From Saprolegnia diclina VS20 (lineage: Eukaryota), in the NCBI RefSeq assembly GCF_000281045.1, contig NW_008246131.1, forward strand, positions 142,149-206,148: a DNA stretch of 64,000 nt. The letters are read 5' to 3'. Position numbers and translations under genes: made by a program. Under the pieces are notes generated by a model. It worked only from the letters and a program-made list of their open reading frames with translations, was not told where the DNA came from and searched no databases. This document shows, one piece after another, positions 1 to 11,288 of the stretch (the stretch's first letter is position 1; every line of letters starts with the position of its first letter).

Positions 1-1202
1 ACGGGAAGAGCGTCATAGGACCGAAGGCAGCTGCCGGCCCGTGCTCCATGTGCCACCGCCTCAAATTGGCCATGGGCCCAACGCTGCCGACGGGGCCAAG
101 AAGGTGCACGAGGCCCGGCAGGTCTCGCGCTCGGTGGCGGAGGCGGCGCTTCGGCCACGTCGTTCATATGTGCATCGTCGTCGCCGCACTTGGCGCTCTC
201 AGCCTTTTTGGCCTTGGCGGCCTTGGCCTTGGACCGCTTCGAGACGTCGTCTTCGCTCTTGACGCGCTTGGGATTGGACCCACTGCTGGGCTTACCCTTG
301 CGTTTCGGTGCCGTCGCGACCGGGGAGCTCGGCAGCGTGATCGAGTTCGAGCGTGATCGAGTGCGTCGGCATGAGCACAGGCGTCGCGCCCGACGCCTCC
401 CACTTGGCTACGCCGGCCATGAACGACTGCAGCCGCGCGCCCCACGGACACGTGAGCGGCAGCTTCATGTACTCGTTGAGGACGACTTGGATCTTGGCGT
501 TCTCGAGCTTTTTGCCCGTATTCTCGAGCTTGGCCGCAAACTTCTTGGTCTTGGAGACCCACGCGTCCATGCGCGTGAGGACGCCACGGAGGGCAGAGAG
601 CGCATTGGGATCGTGCGAGCTCTCGCTGAGCACGCGGTCGAGACCTTCGTACGCCGGCTTGGGGTGGCCGTGCAGCAGCGAGACGGCCTCCACCGTCCAC
701 GGAATCGCCACGAGCGCATTTTGCATGAGCGCCACCGAGGTGAACGTCGCCTTGTACGGTTCGCACATGGAAGCCACGACGCGCAGCTGCTTGAGGTCAA
801 ATGCCTCCTTCTCAGTGATGGGCGACGCGAGGTGCGCACATACCATGCGCCACCACGCCTGCGGCAACAGCACGTCGCGGTTCGAGATGAGCGTCTCAAT
901 GCCGCCACGAGCGGCGACCGCGCGCTCCTTGCCCTTCTCGAGTGTCATTTCGGCCTCGGCCGCCAGCTGCTTGAGTTTGTAGTGCTCCATCTTGAAGCGC
1001 GTGAGCTCGATTTCGTGCGGCGACGTACCCGAAGGCTCCGAGATCTCCAATCGCCGATGCCGCTTGCATCGCTGGCGTTCCTCCCGACCTCAAGAGACCA
1101 TGCAGCTCCGCTCAAGTTCACGACATAGATCTTTACCGAGCGCGCCGCATTGGCCTCACGCAGGGGTTCGAGGTCCCCTTCGACGACAAATGACAGTTGC
1201 AA
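1..1202 (-). CDS. Hypothetical helical protein (weak resemblance to PLU-1-like repeats), 5' end uncertain, apparent frameshift near 334-362
   Basis: ORF 292..1050 has gene-like codon usage. A probable upstream exon (LSFVVEGDLEPLREANAARSVKIYVVNLSGAAWSLE) joins via a short intron around 1048-1089. A Lys-rich coding-like frame (PKRKGKPSSGSNPKRVKSEDD) continues past the stop at 292 in another frame to the window edge. Confidence 0.55.
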
Positions 1203-1845
1203 TCATGTGGGGCTGTGCTGGGGGCAGTGCTGAGGGCTATGAAGTGGCTGCCAGCCTCTACGAATGCAATGCTCCTATGAACGCAAAGATAGCGCGAATC
1301 ATGTTGACAAATCCATTCATCGCACTGGAGCTCAAATTTCCTGGTGCTCCCTTGTTGCAAGCCGGCTTCCTCGTGGTAAAACTGGTGGTGCACTCTCCAT
1401 CGTTTGCTTCAATAGCACACTGCTCGAGAGTGCTTTGTGCTCTACCTCTGCGATACCAGTTCGAGGAGCTCCACTCGCCGCGTGCTCACGCAAACCGTGA
1501 GCGCCTCGATGAACCCAGCCAAGTCCAAATTTGCAACCTCAACTGCCGCCTCATTTTTTGCGCTACGATGATGCCGCCTTGGTTAGCGCTTCGTTGTCCC
1601 ACGAAGTGTCCTATTGACATCGAGGGCGGACCCTCGTTGATGGCTAACCTTGTCACTTGGCACTCCCCGTCGTCGTCTGGGACGCTGGCCACCATCACTC
1701 GCGTTCTGAAAAAATGCATTGGTCACCGTATGTATTTTTTTGAAAACTTTCAAAGACCCGCACTCCGAGAGAGTGAATGCTCCACCTCTGAATTTCTATA
1801 TCGACACGTCGACAGTTCCAGACGCCATAAATCGATTTCGCCCAC

Positions 1846-3303
1846 ATGCGTGTCCTCCTCGACCAGTACGAAGTCAAGCACACGCTCGGGAGCGGCCTCC
1901 AGGGCAAGGTCAAGCTCGGTATCGACGTCAAGACGGGCGAGGCCGTCGCGCTCAAGCTCATCAAGGCCGAGTCGCTCAGCAACAAGGCATGCCACAACCT
2001 CTTCCGCGAGATCGAGGCCATGAAGCGCGTGCAGCACCCGAACGTGCTGCGCCTCCTCGCCGTGAAGAAGGACGTCGAGTACCCGAAGAAGAAGGGCGGC
2101 AGCCAAAAGGTCGTGCTCGTCGTCCTCGAGCTCGCGTCGGGCGGCGAGCTCTTTGACTTTATGATGTACACGGGCAGCTTCTCGGAGGAGATTGCGCGCA
2201 CGTACTTTCGCCAGCTCGTCGCCGGTCTGCACGCGTGCCACAGCAACAACGTCTTCCACCGCGACATCAAGCCCGAGAACCTCCTCATGGACCACAGCTA
2301 TCTCTTGCGCATTGCCGACTTTGGCCTCTCGGCGCTCGGCGATCAATCCAGTGAGCTCCTGACGCAGTGCGGAACGCGCTCGTACATGAGCCCCGAAGTG
2401 CTCTCGGGCAACCCGTACGAAGGCGCGCCCGCAGACATATGGAGCGCCGGCGTCGTCCTCTTCATCCTCCTCGCCGGGTTCCCGCCGTTCCAGATTGCGA
2501 CGCGCCAAGATTGGTGGTTCCGTGCTTGCTCAATGAAGCAGTACCAAGCGTTCTGGGCTGCCCACGCGCGCACAGCCGTCTTCTCGCCCATGGCCATGGA
2601 CCTCCTCACGCGCATCTTTGACACGTCGGCTGCGACGCGCATCACGCTGCCCGAGATCTGGGCGCACCCGTGGATGCACGAGCCCGTCTTGCCGGACGAC
2701 GAGCTCACGCTTGAGATGAAGACACGTACCGAGAAGGTCCAAGCCGAGAAGATGCGCCTCCAAAAACAAAAGGAAGCGGCCGCGCCGACCTCGGGCACCT
2801 TCAACCCCTTTGACCGCAGCGTGCACCGGTCGTTTGCTCCGGCGCCGCCGACGCTCTTCTTGCCGACGATCGAAGCCTCGGGGATCACGGCCTACACGAC
2901 GCTGCGCTGCGTCGCGCCGTCCTCGGACGACCTCCTCCGGCGGTTCCGCGCGGCGTGCGAGAAGACGTCGGCGTTTGTTGCTGCGACGTGGAAGGCGGGC
3001 GAGGCCAAGGCCAAGTTCCAGTGCGCTACCGACGCCGGTGACCGTGTCGAGGCCGCGCTCGTGCTGCACCCGACCGACGACGCGACCGTGTGGATGGCCG
3101 AGCTGCGCCGCCGCGCCGGCGACGTCTTTGCATTCCGGGACGTCTTCCAGACGCTCTGCGCTGGCCTCGAAGACATTGTGTGTGACGAGACCAAGACGGT
3201 CGCGACCAAGCCGCTTCCGGCGCCCTTTGAGCTCTCGGCAACCGACGACGACGACGACGATGACGGCGAAGAACTCATTTCCGACGAAGCCATCATGATC
3301 TAA
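1846..3303 (+). CDS. Ser/Thr protein kinase, CAMK/CAMKL group, with C-terminal KA1-like domain
   Basis: GSGLQGKV loop, VALK, HRDIKPEN, DFG, CGTRSYMSPE, DIWSAGV. C-terminal WMAELRRRAGDVFAF resembles KA1/AMPK-type tails. Intronless, 485 aa. Confidence 0.95.
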   Translation: MRVLLDQYEVKHTLGSGLQGKVKLGIDVKTGEAVALKLIKAESLSNKACHNLFREIEAMKRVQHPNVLRLLAVKKDVEYPKKKGGSQKVVLVVLELASGGELFDFMMYTGSFSEEIARTYFRQLVAGLHACHSNNVFHRDIKPENLLMDHSYLLRIADFGLSALGDQSSELLTQCGTRSYMSPEVLSGNPYEGAPADIWSAGVVLFILLAGFPPFQIATRQDWWFRACSMKQYQAFWAAHARTAVFSPMAMDLLTRIFDTSAATRITLPEIWAHPWMHEPVLPDDELTLEMKTRTEKVQAEKMRLQKQKEAAAPTSGTFNPFDRSVHRSFAPAPPTLFLPTIEASGITAYTTLRCVAPSSDDLLRRFRAACEKTSAFVAATWKAGEAKAKFQCATDAGDRVEAALVLHPTDDATVWMAELRRRAGDVFAFRDVFQTLCAGLEDIVCDETKTVATKPLPAPFELSATDDDDDDDGEELISDEAIMI

Positions 3304-3379
3304 TATAACTATATAACCACTTCACGCTGTATCCTCGTGTGGTCTACAGTCGTAGTGGCGTGTCGCAAGAGGGCTAGGG

Positions 3380-3714
3380 TTTCGGCTACGTCGTCCATTT
3401 TGACGTCGCGTGCCTGCTCGGGCCGCTCCTTGGCCACCATTTGTCGAGATGCGGCTCCAGGCGCTGACGCTGACGGGGTATGTGCGCCGCCCACGACCGC
3501 CCACGATCGTGCGCCAGTGGTATCTGGTTATGCTGCAGTGGGTGCTCACGCTTGCGATTGGCGCCAACGCGTATCTGGTCGTGTACACGAGCCACATTCT
3601 GGACACGCGACCAGAAGAGGAAGGAGGCTTTGTCTAGGCAGTGATTGCTCTCTCTCTATATATATTAGCGCAGACCAAGCATCACGATGTTAGTGTTGAA
3701 CGACGTACGACCTG
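3380..3714 (+). pseudogene. Degenerate, internally deleted inverted copy of the 3' end and 3' flank of the tandem anoctamin gene (source about 42421-43050)
   Basis: Translation FVEMRLQALTLTGYVRRPRP..RQWYLVMLQWVLTLAIGANAYLVVYTSHILDT..EEGGFV* is nearly identical to the C-terminus of ORF 42495..47678. The 3' flank CAGTGATTGCTCTCTCT..ATATATTA..GTGTTGAACGACGTACGACCTG is also shared. Confidence 0.9.
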
Positions 3715-3954
3715 GTGGTGGAGAAGAGAGCTCCGCGATGGACGCGGTAGAAGAAGAGACGAAGCGTAAACGTGTGACCACTGCCAGTGCTGCTGGGGTC
3801 ATAGGGCACCTCGAACGAAGTCGCGCCTTGCTAGATGAGACCCTGCGCGATTTCACTCTCGAACTCAAAGAGGTCCTGGATCTTCTCAGCGTAGATGTCC
3901 ACGCCGGGACCGTCCGGAGCGCGTCTTCGATGTCTTGGTCTTGGACCTCGTCGA

Positions 3955-4035
3955 GGTCGGGAGCTTGGCTGGGAGCTTGGCCGGGAGCTTGGTTGGGGGC
4001 TTGGTCGGGGGCTTGGTCGGGGGCTTGGTCGGGGG
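3955..4035. repeat. 12-bp minisatellite, about 6.7 copies of GGYYGGGRGCTT
   Basis: ggtcgggagctt ggctgggagctt ggccgggagctt ggttgggggctt ggtcgggggctt ggtcgggggctt ggtcggggg. Confidence 0.9.
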
Positions 4036-4237
4036 CAGGAGACTGCTCGCATCTCTCTTCTCGCATCGCTCCACCAAGCACAACGTACAAGCATCTATGC
4101 AGGTTCAACGCTCACCCCCGAGTATCCTCGTATAAGTTTGACAAAGGCTATACACTGGATTATATACAGTGCGCGTGCTATGAAAGAACGACAGTCGTTG
4201 TAAGGACCGCAAAGTATTAGTTAGATTAAGTGGGGCA

Positions 4238-4870
4238 TTAGGCCGACGATGGTACGAGCGTCGAGAGCGGCGTCCACGTCCCGTCGCTGCTGTCCACGCC
4301 CGTCTCGTAATGCACCAAGAGATCCTGGTACTCGGGACCGGTGCGCGCGTCGAGCACAAGGGCACACTGAAGCGACGGCGCCTTCTCGGCTGCAAAGGCC
4401 TTCAGTGCCGCAATGTCTTCGGGCGACCCGGTCACGAGCAGAAGCTGCTGCGACTGGAGCGCGCTTCCAAAGGCATCGGCAGCCGTTGGTGCCTTGGTCG
4501 TCTTCTTTGCCGCATGCTTGGTGCTCTGCTTGGCGAGGCGGACGTCCTTGCGCTTGGTGCGCTCCTTGAGGTGGAGGCGCACCTCGTCCTCGTCCTCATC
4601 GTTCTCGACCGACGCCGAGCCAACGTGCATGAGGCGCTCATAATCAACCGTGTACGGACTCTGCTGCTCTTCGTTTTGCAGCGCCAGCGCCAGCGCAAAG
4701 TCGGCATCCGTCGAGATGTCGCTCTCGACGACGCTGTCGATTGGGGTCGCCGGTGGCGTTGTTGGGGCCGGCGCAGTCGCGAGCTCGTGCGCGAGCGTCT
4801 CGTCCATGATGTCCTTGAGCGGGCGGGCGGGCGGCGATGCAATCGCACTCCACGGGGCTGGGGCAGTCAT
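4238..4870 (-). CDS. Hypothetical protein with RIOK3-N-terminus-like/UIM-like motifs, no kinase domain
   Basis: Gene-like part of ORF 4238..5290. Start placed at ATG 4870, just downstream of an Inr/FPR element. Motifs PW..LKDIMDETLAHEL and DADFALALALQNEE. Confidence 0.75.
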   Translation of the reverse strand: MTAPAPWSAIASPPARPLKDIMDETLAHELATAPAPTTPPATPIDSVVESDISTDADFALALALQNEEQQSPYTVDYERLMHVGSASVENDEDEDEVRLHLKERTKRKDVRLAKQSTKHAAKKTTKAPTAADAFGSALQSQQLLLVTGSPEDIAALKAFAAEKAPSLQCALVLDARTGPEYQDLLVHYETGVDSSDGTWTPLSTLVPSSA

Positions 4871-4883
4871 GGCACTTGGTGGT

Positions 4884-4898
4884 GAATTGAGAAATGAC
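4884..4898 (-). promoter_or_regulatory. Oomycete Inr+FPR core promoter
   Basis: Minus strand GTCATTTCTCAATTC matches the TCATTYYNCAWTT consensus, 14 nt upstream of ATG 4870. Confidence 0.65.
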
Positions 4899-5552
4899 AT
4901 TGCACTTGCAAGATCGGCCGGCCGCCGGCGCGCGCTTTCGCCGAACGTTCGCGTGTCCCAAGCCTCTCGGATACGACCACCACTCACGAGGGCATAGGAG
5001 TGACGGTCTTCAGAAACAGCGTGTCCTTTCCCAAGCTTGTGGACCAAGCAAGTTAGTACGGATGATGGCTCGCGAGTTCCTGCACCGATACATGCATTTA
5101 GGTTATAGTCGTTCTGCTCGTTGACTTTGGGTGGCAGAGTGCACAGCATAGTACGGTAGCTAGTCGCACGTCTGGGTCCTAAACGCCGTGAGAGTTGCGT
5201 CATCGTCTTAAGCTGGCCGACGTGCGAGCACGTTGTGAGAACGCTGGTCTTATGAGCGAGTAGATCAACTTTAACTGGTCTCTTCGCCACGTCTTGTTAC
5301 GCTGAAGGAGCAAGATTTGCGGTCGGCTAGGTGGACACGAGCTCTCACACCTGCTCTCACACGTAAGTCCTTGGTGGCAGAGTATCGAGCCAGACCTGGT
5401 ATCTAGCTCCTTGAGGCACAGTCGTGCGGACTGGACTGTCTACCGACTTGAAAAAGGCACCTGCGGGTGTCGACTTGCCTCACGAGCTGGAAAGGCCGAG
5501 AGAAAAGATATACAAGTTTGATAAGTTAAAGATGCGGCTACATTCTCTCACG

Positions 5553-6452
5553 CTACTGGAAGAACTGCTGGAGAAACGTGGGCTTGAGAATGGGGGCGCG
5601 GCAGTATGGGCATTTGTTGGTCGAGTTTTGACGCAGCCACTCGAGGAGGCAGTCTTCGTGGAAGATGTGGGCGCATTTGGCTTGGATGAGCTCCTTGGAG
5701 CCGTCGTACTCTTCAAGGCAGATGCAGCACGCGTCGTCGTCACTTGCAACGACGGGGGCGTGAGTAGGCTCGGCCTTGGGCGGCTTGGGCGGTGCCCATA
5801 GCTTCCAGACCTTCTTGAACCAGTTGCCTTTGTCTTCTTCCCAGTCGTCCTCGGGCAGGCGCTTCCACTTGAGCTCGCGGCGAAGGCGAAGGCGCAGCGC
5901 CTCCCGCTTGGCCTGAACCTGCTCTTCGAACGCCTGCTTCTGACTCTGGTAATGCTGCACCATCACCTCGACCTTGACCTTGGTGTCTTGGAACCCGAGA
6001 TAGCGGTCGGTGGTCCGGAGGAGGTTCCATTGGGCGTACGCCATTGTCTCTGCCGAGACGGCGTTGTCAAAGGCCGAGAAGAAGTCGCGGGCAAAGGGCA
6101 TGCGTGGGTTGTTGGCCCGGAGGTTGGCCATCGTCGCGTGGAGGCTCGCCGTAAAGTGCTCGCTTTGGCCAAACCACTCGAGGTCGTTGGTCATGTCGGG
6201 CGGACGCGGCGAGACGGTGGCGGTGATGGCGAGAATCTCGTCGCGGCAAGCTTCGGGCAGGTCGAGCCACCGGCGGTGGCGCTGGTGGATGACGTGTCGG
6301 TGGAAGATGTACACGATGACGAGCAAGATCGGGATGCTGAGCTCGCCGAGGCAGCAGACCATGAAGACGACGAAGACCCAGAAGGCGTCCTTGACGTACA
6401 GCGAGACCGAGTCGCTGAGGCGGCTCATGCTCCCGAGGACCGCGGCTTCCAT
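5553..6452 (-). CDS. Membrane-anchored RING-H2 E3 ubiquitin ligase
   Basis: C-terminal CCICLEEY..KCAHIFHEDCLLEWL..CPYCR (C3H2C3). N-terminal hydrophobic segment FWVFVVFMVCCLGELSIPILLVIVYIF. Confidence 0.9.
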   Translation of the reverse strand: MEAAVLGSMSRLSDSVSLYVKDAFWVFVVFMVCCLGELSIPILLVIVYIFHRHVIHQRHRRWLDLPEACRDEILAITATVSPRPPDMTNDLEWFGQSEHFTASLHATMANLRANNPRMPFARDFFSAFDNAVSAETMAYAQWNLLRTTDRYLGFQDTKVKVEVMVQHYQSQKQAFEEQVQAKREALRLRLRRELKWKRLPEDDWEEDKGNWFKKVWKLWAPPKPPKAEPTHAPVVASDDDACCICLEEYDGSKELIQAKCAHIFHEDCLLEWLRQNSTNKCPYCRAPILKPTFLQQFFQ

Positions 6453-7805
6453 CGCAAGCAATGAATTTTGTCGTTTCTGTTGCGCTCAAAGTCGGCGACT
6501 CGCAGACCATTTTTTATTTTCATTATTTTACATACAAATACAGAGTCGACATTAATTATGACAAAAATATATACTGGACCCCGGGGCAGAGACCGTCGGT
6601 TGACGAATTCTTGAATTAGTGTTCATAGTGCTCGATATAAATAGTGTACATTTGGTGATCGCAAGCATAGGCGCTACGACGAACCAAGCGCTACTCAGAG
6701 GGCTACTCGATGTAAACTGCAACCAATTAGTACTTGTCACGAGAGAGGATCGGCATGCGAGCCCGCAGGAGGCGCCGTGCCTCATACCGGATGGCATGTT
6801 GGTGAGAACAAGTGATTGCGAAAGCAGCTTTCGAAGCCAAAAATCTCGGCGGTGATCGTCAGGCTCAGACGCAATCGAACGGCGGGCGTGCGAGCCGTAG
6901 AATGATTCTTGTGGGCCACTCTGTCGCGGCCCGCGGCCCGCACGCGTAGTCAACCATGGCGGTGACCACCGCTGCGTTGTTGACGCCGCTCAAAAATGTT
7001 GAAATTTACAAAGTGCTACGTGGCGCCATGGCTCTGGTGCATTCCGGCCTTGTCCAGCGCGACGACCAAGCACGGTCATAAACACGAGGCTGTGGACAAC
7101 GTGACGACCGCCGCAGTAAGGTTCGGCGGCACCGGTTGCAGCGGCAGAAGACCATGTCCATAACACGTTGCCGAGCCGTTGACGCGCAAGTAGCACGCGG
7201 GCCGCCACGACCCGCCAACGCGTTACGCACGCCTGCTCAAGATCCACTTTCGACGGTTTGATTGGGTCGCTGTGCCACCGCCGATTGGCCAGCGCGTGCC
7301 TCTACGACGTGTCTGCGACGCTGGCGGTTGTCTACGAAGCACAGGTGAGCGCAGTAATAATTGCGGCGCTGGCTCCGCGACCTGAATCTTCTTGTGATGC
7401 TTCGATGTCGGCACGCGCGAATCTGGAATTGCCCGTGCGTCAACTTCGAACTTCGTGTAACTCACACGGCCCCATGCAAATCTGCAGCAATGTGCACGTT
7501 CGAGAACTACGAAGTTTGGCCGAGAACCAAATTGGGCCGCATCTCGCCTTTTCAGCCATCTCATTGGCTACTTTTTAGCCAATCACAAAGGCACCATCAG
7601 TCGCAGAAGCAGCAGCGGCGCACGGATGTTTTTATATTACGTGTATTACAATACAAACACCAAGATAACATAAAACGAATGGATTGAATTGTGTAGCCAG
7701 GGCAGGTGCGCCCGAAAAATCGTGTGCCGGTTTCAGATTTCAGCCGAAGCCAAATTGCCACATTGAGATTTCCCACATCTGCATCAGCCACCTCACAGCC
7801 CGACC

Positions 7806-8648
7806 ATGGACGACTACGTAGTCGACTCGGTCCTCGCGCCCGCGCTCTACGGCGACATCCTCCTCTGCAGCGACCTCCGCGCCAAGGAGCAGGTCGTGAT
7901 CAAGAAGATGGACCAGCGCGCCGCTGCTAGCCACCGGACGCTGGTCCGAAGCCGCCACGTGCTCGAGAACGCGACCTTTGAGAAGCACGTGAACCAGGTG
8001 CTGCGCACCGAAGGCGGCCACCGCAACGTGCTCATTCTGCGCGACGAGTTTGTCGAAGACGGCTACGACCACTTTGTCTTTGACTACTGCAGCCAAGGCG
8101 CGCTCTTTGACGTCATGGAGAGCGTGCCCGCCAAGACGTTCACACGCCACGAGGCCGAGATGTACTTTGCCCAAGTACTCGCCGGCCTCAAGTTCATCCA
8201 CGCGGCTGGCTTTGCGCACCGCGACCTCTCGCTCGAGAACATCCTTGTCGACGAACACAACGTGGCCAAGATCTGCGACTTTGGCCTCGCTGTCGACATC
8301 AATGCGCGCCCGAACGAGCGCGTCGGCAAGCCCTACTACATTGCGCCCGAAGTTTTTGACAACATTGCACCGTACGACCCGGTCAAGGCCGATATCTGGT
8401 CGCTCGGTGTCGTCCTCTTCTTGCTCCTCACCGGCGTGCCTCTCTTCAACGTGCCCTCCAAGCTCGATGAAAGCTATGCGTACATGAAGCGCCACGGCCT
8501 GCGACGCCTCATCTACGTCTGGGACCTCGACGACTTTGTGCCTGAGGAAGCCCGCGACCTCCTCGAGAAGATGCTCTGCATCAACCCGGCCAAGCGCTGC
8601 TCGCTCCAGGACGTCTTACAGCACCCGTATGTGCTCAAGCTCCTCTAA
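7806..8648 (+). CDS. Ser/Thr protein kinase, CAMK-like, oomycete HRDLSLEN type
   Basis: VVIKK, HRDLSLENIL, DFGLA, VGKPYYIAPE, DIWSLGV. Atypical Gly-loop LAPALYG. 280 aa, catalytic domain only. Confidence 0.93.
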   Translation: MDDYVVDSVLAPALYGDILLCSDLRAKEQVVIKKMDQRAAASHRTLVRSRHVLENATFEKHVNQVLRTEGGHRNVLILRDEFVEDGYDHFVFDYCSQGALFDVMESVPAKTFTRHEAEMYFAQVLAGLKFIHAAGFAHRDLSLENILVDEHNVAKICDFGLAVDINARPNERVGKPYYIAPEVFDNIAPYDPVKADIWSLGVVLFLLLTGVPLFNVPSKLDESYAYMKRHGLRRLIYVWDLDDFVPEEARDLLEKMLCINPAKRCSLQDVLQHPYVLKLL

Positions 8649-9616
8649 GCGCGCCCCGCCACCTTGTACCATACGATCTCTACTGCATTCCGCCCAAGAC
8701 GCTGCCCTTGCATGCACCGGTTCCCATCCGCTGCCAACTGCCCACAAGCCGCCAGCCCACTCCCATGATCGCAGTCGAAGCGACTGGAACTCCTTCCTAT
8801 CTGTCTATTTTAAGTACGAATTAATTAACTAACGTAGCGTCTTTACCACTATTCGTGCCACGAATTAGGATGACGCGACGCTTCGGCAACATGCGATCCG
8901 GGGCGCGACGAAATGCGTCGGGTTTATGAACCGCGCGTCTTTTATTCGCCAATGCGTTTCTTTTATTCATCCAAAGTGTCTTTTTTGCGTGCAGCGTTAG
9001 CAATATCGACCTGGTTCGCAACTGCCGTGCAATCTCCACGCACTGCGACGAAGGACCCCGCGTATTACACAGAGCAGGCGTAGAGCCACGTCTCGCCTGG
9101 TTTTCAGTCGGTCCAGATTCGCGACCCAGATTCCAGAGAAAACGAACCTGGCTGCAAATACTGCATCCAGATTGCCCCATTGCTTGTTGACGCGCCGCGC
9201 TACGCTCCACGTTGGGCTGAGTTTGCCACGCAGCAAAATCCTTGTCCAGTAGCCGCGTCTCGTCCATGCCCCAGACCTTCTTCCGGAGATAAGAAGAAGC
9301 ATCCAAGATACCAGCGGCGTTGGCAGCGTGCTCTTGCAGCAACCATAGCCGGTACTGGTACTGTAGCTAGCTGGTAGCTACCGAATTGGCGGGCTATCGG
9401 AGCTGTCGCTTCTAGCTTCGGGCTATATTCAGAATCCAATGCAAATCCTCGGAGGACTCGGGTTCCAAAGTTCTGTGATATTGATTTTGAAAACACTGTT
9501 TCGCAAAAGCGCATAAAAACAGTGTTTGGGCGGATACGCTGTTTCCATACCGAGAAAAACGCGTTGAAAGACGCGTTTTAGTCGACGCAGAAGGATTTCC
9601 TTTGGATTGACGAGCG

Positions 9617-11228
9617 ATGGCGACGAAGCAGGCGAAGAAGCAGATCACGCAGGAGACGTTCAACGACTGCGTGCGCGAGAACATGGACGAGTTCGAGATG
9701 GACGAAGACGAAGCTGTCGATGATGCCATCAAGCAGTTCGAGTCCCAAGGCGTCGACTTGAGCTCGATCGTCAAGGCGCTGACCACGTCGGTCGTGCATC
9801 CGGTCGTCGTCGCCCTCGAATCGTTGCGCGCGCTCGCCGCCGATGCTGATGTCGTCGCGCTGGACCAAGCGCTACCGCATTACACGATCCTCCTCACGCA
9901 TTTTCGCGCGGCCGATGCGGCGGCGGCGACGAGCGCCAAAGAGATGGCTGGCCGCAACGACGGCACGACCGTGCTCCTGGGCCTCTTGCAGGGCAGCGTT
10001 GACCATAGCATGCAGATGCAGACGCTAGTCGTGCTTCACGCGATGGTCAACGGTGTCAAGGACAACCAAGACTTTGTCGGCGTCGACGGTATTCTGCAGT
10101 TGCAGGCGCTTGCGGCGCCGACGGCCGCGACGCCGGTCCAGAACGCCGCCCTCGCCGCGCTCAAGACCATTTGCGCCAAGCACGAGAGCAACAAGAAGCA
10201 CCTCAACCCCGCCGGGATCCGCCTCCTCATGTCGCTCCTCGAGACGCGGAAGGAGTCGACCGACACCAAGCACATTGGCGACCTCATCCGCACGCTCACC
10301 ATCAACGACGATCCGTGCGTGACATCATGGGAGGGTATGTCATGCTGATGCTGACGGCGTAGGACAGCCATGTTTTCCCAGGCCCACGACATTGTCAAGC
10401 TCTTCGTGGACGAGTCGCTCATCCCGATGACCTTTGAGCACATAAGTGTGGTCGCGTCGGACGCCGACACGGTCGCGGTCTGGCTCGCTGTGCTCAAGCA
10501 ACTCGCGGTGACCGAAGACAACTGCCGCAAGATCGTCGACAGCGGCGCGTTGGACCTTGTGCCCAACCTCCAGGCGACCCATGCCAAGGTACTTGCGATG
10601 CATCGATGGGGAAGCCAACGATGCCGGTAGCACCGCGGCGTCATCAAGCACAGCCTCGGGCTCTTGCGCAACATTGCCGGTGTCGACGAGTACAAGCACG
10701 TGGTCACGACCATGGTGCCCAGCATCCTAGCGACGATGCAGGAGCATGCTAGTGACGTTGGCATCCAGACCATGGCCTGCGCGACGATCGCGGCCGTGTG
10801 CCTCCGCTCGCCGGTCAACTGCCAGAAGGTCGTCAGTCTCCGCGCCCACGTCTGGGTCGCCACGGCCATGGCGTCCTTTCCCGGTCTTCCGTCGCTGCTT
10901 CGGTACGTGCATGGATTGCGGACTGAACCTTCTTCATGCGACTGGGTGTAGCCAAGCCAGTCTCGCCCTTCGCAATATGGTCGTGCGGAACGAGGAGCTT
11001 CGGCCGCTCGTGCTGGAAGAGCCGCTGGTTGAACTCATGCTGCGCCACGCCATGCCCCTGCGTGGGTGCGGTGACGAGGCGTACGCGGCGCTGCGCGACC
11101 TTGGCTGCGATATCCCACTGGCCGCGATTACGCAGCAAGGCTCTTGCAACTTCAACCCGACCATGGACACGAGCAACATGCTGCAGTCGTCGGTCGCTGC
11201 CAACGCGCGGGCGCCCTTCCCCATGTAG
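9617..11228 (+). CDS. ARMC6: Armadillo repeat-containing protein 6
   Basis: N-terminus ITQETFNDCVRENMDEFEM..EAVDDAIKQFESQGVDLSSIVK is the ARMC6 signature, and the C-terminus has AYAALRDLGC. GT-AG introns 10315-10362, 10589-10630 and 10903-10951 restore one frame. Confidence 0.9.
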
Positions 11229-11288
11229 CTAGAGCGAAATATGTGCTGATGTGCTGCATGTTTCAATGTATAAATCTATCGACGGGCT

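Noticed and set aside
3955..4035. Repeat array as CRISPR
   Set aside because: Direct tandem units without spacers, eukaryotic context and no cas genes.
4871..5290. N-terminal extensions of ORF-track calls (also 11751-11894, 34981-35064, 47445-47678)
   Set aside because: Non-gene-like composition, and they overlap Inr/FPR or other promoter motifs; downstream ATGs were preferred.
6500..9600. AT-richer intergenic stretches as possible transposon relics
   Set aside because: No terminal repeats, target-site duplications or transposase/RT motifs could be seen.
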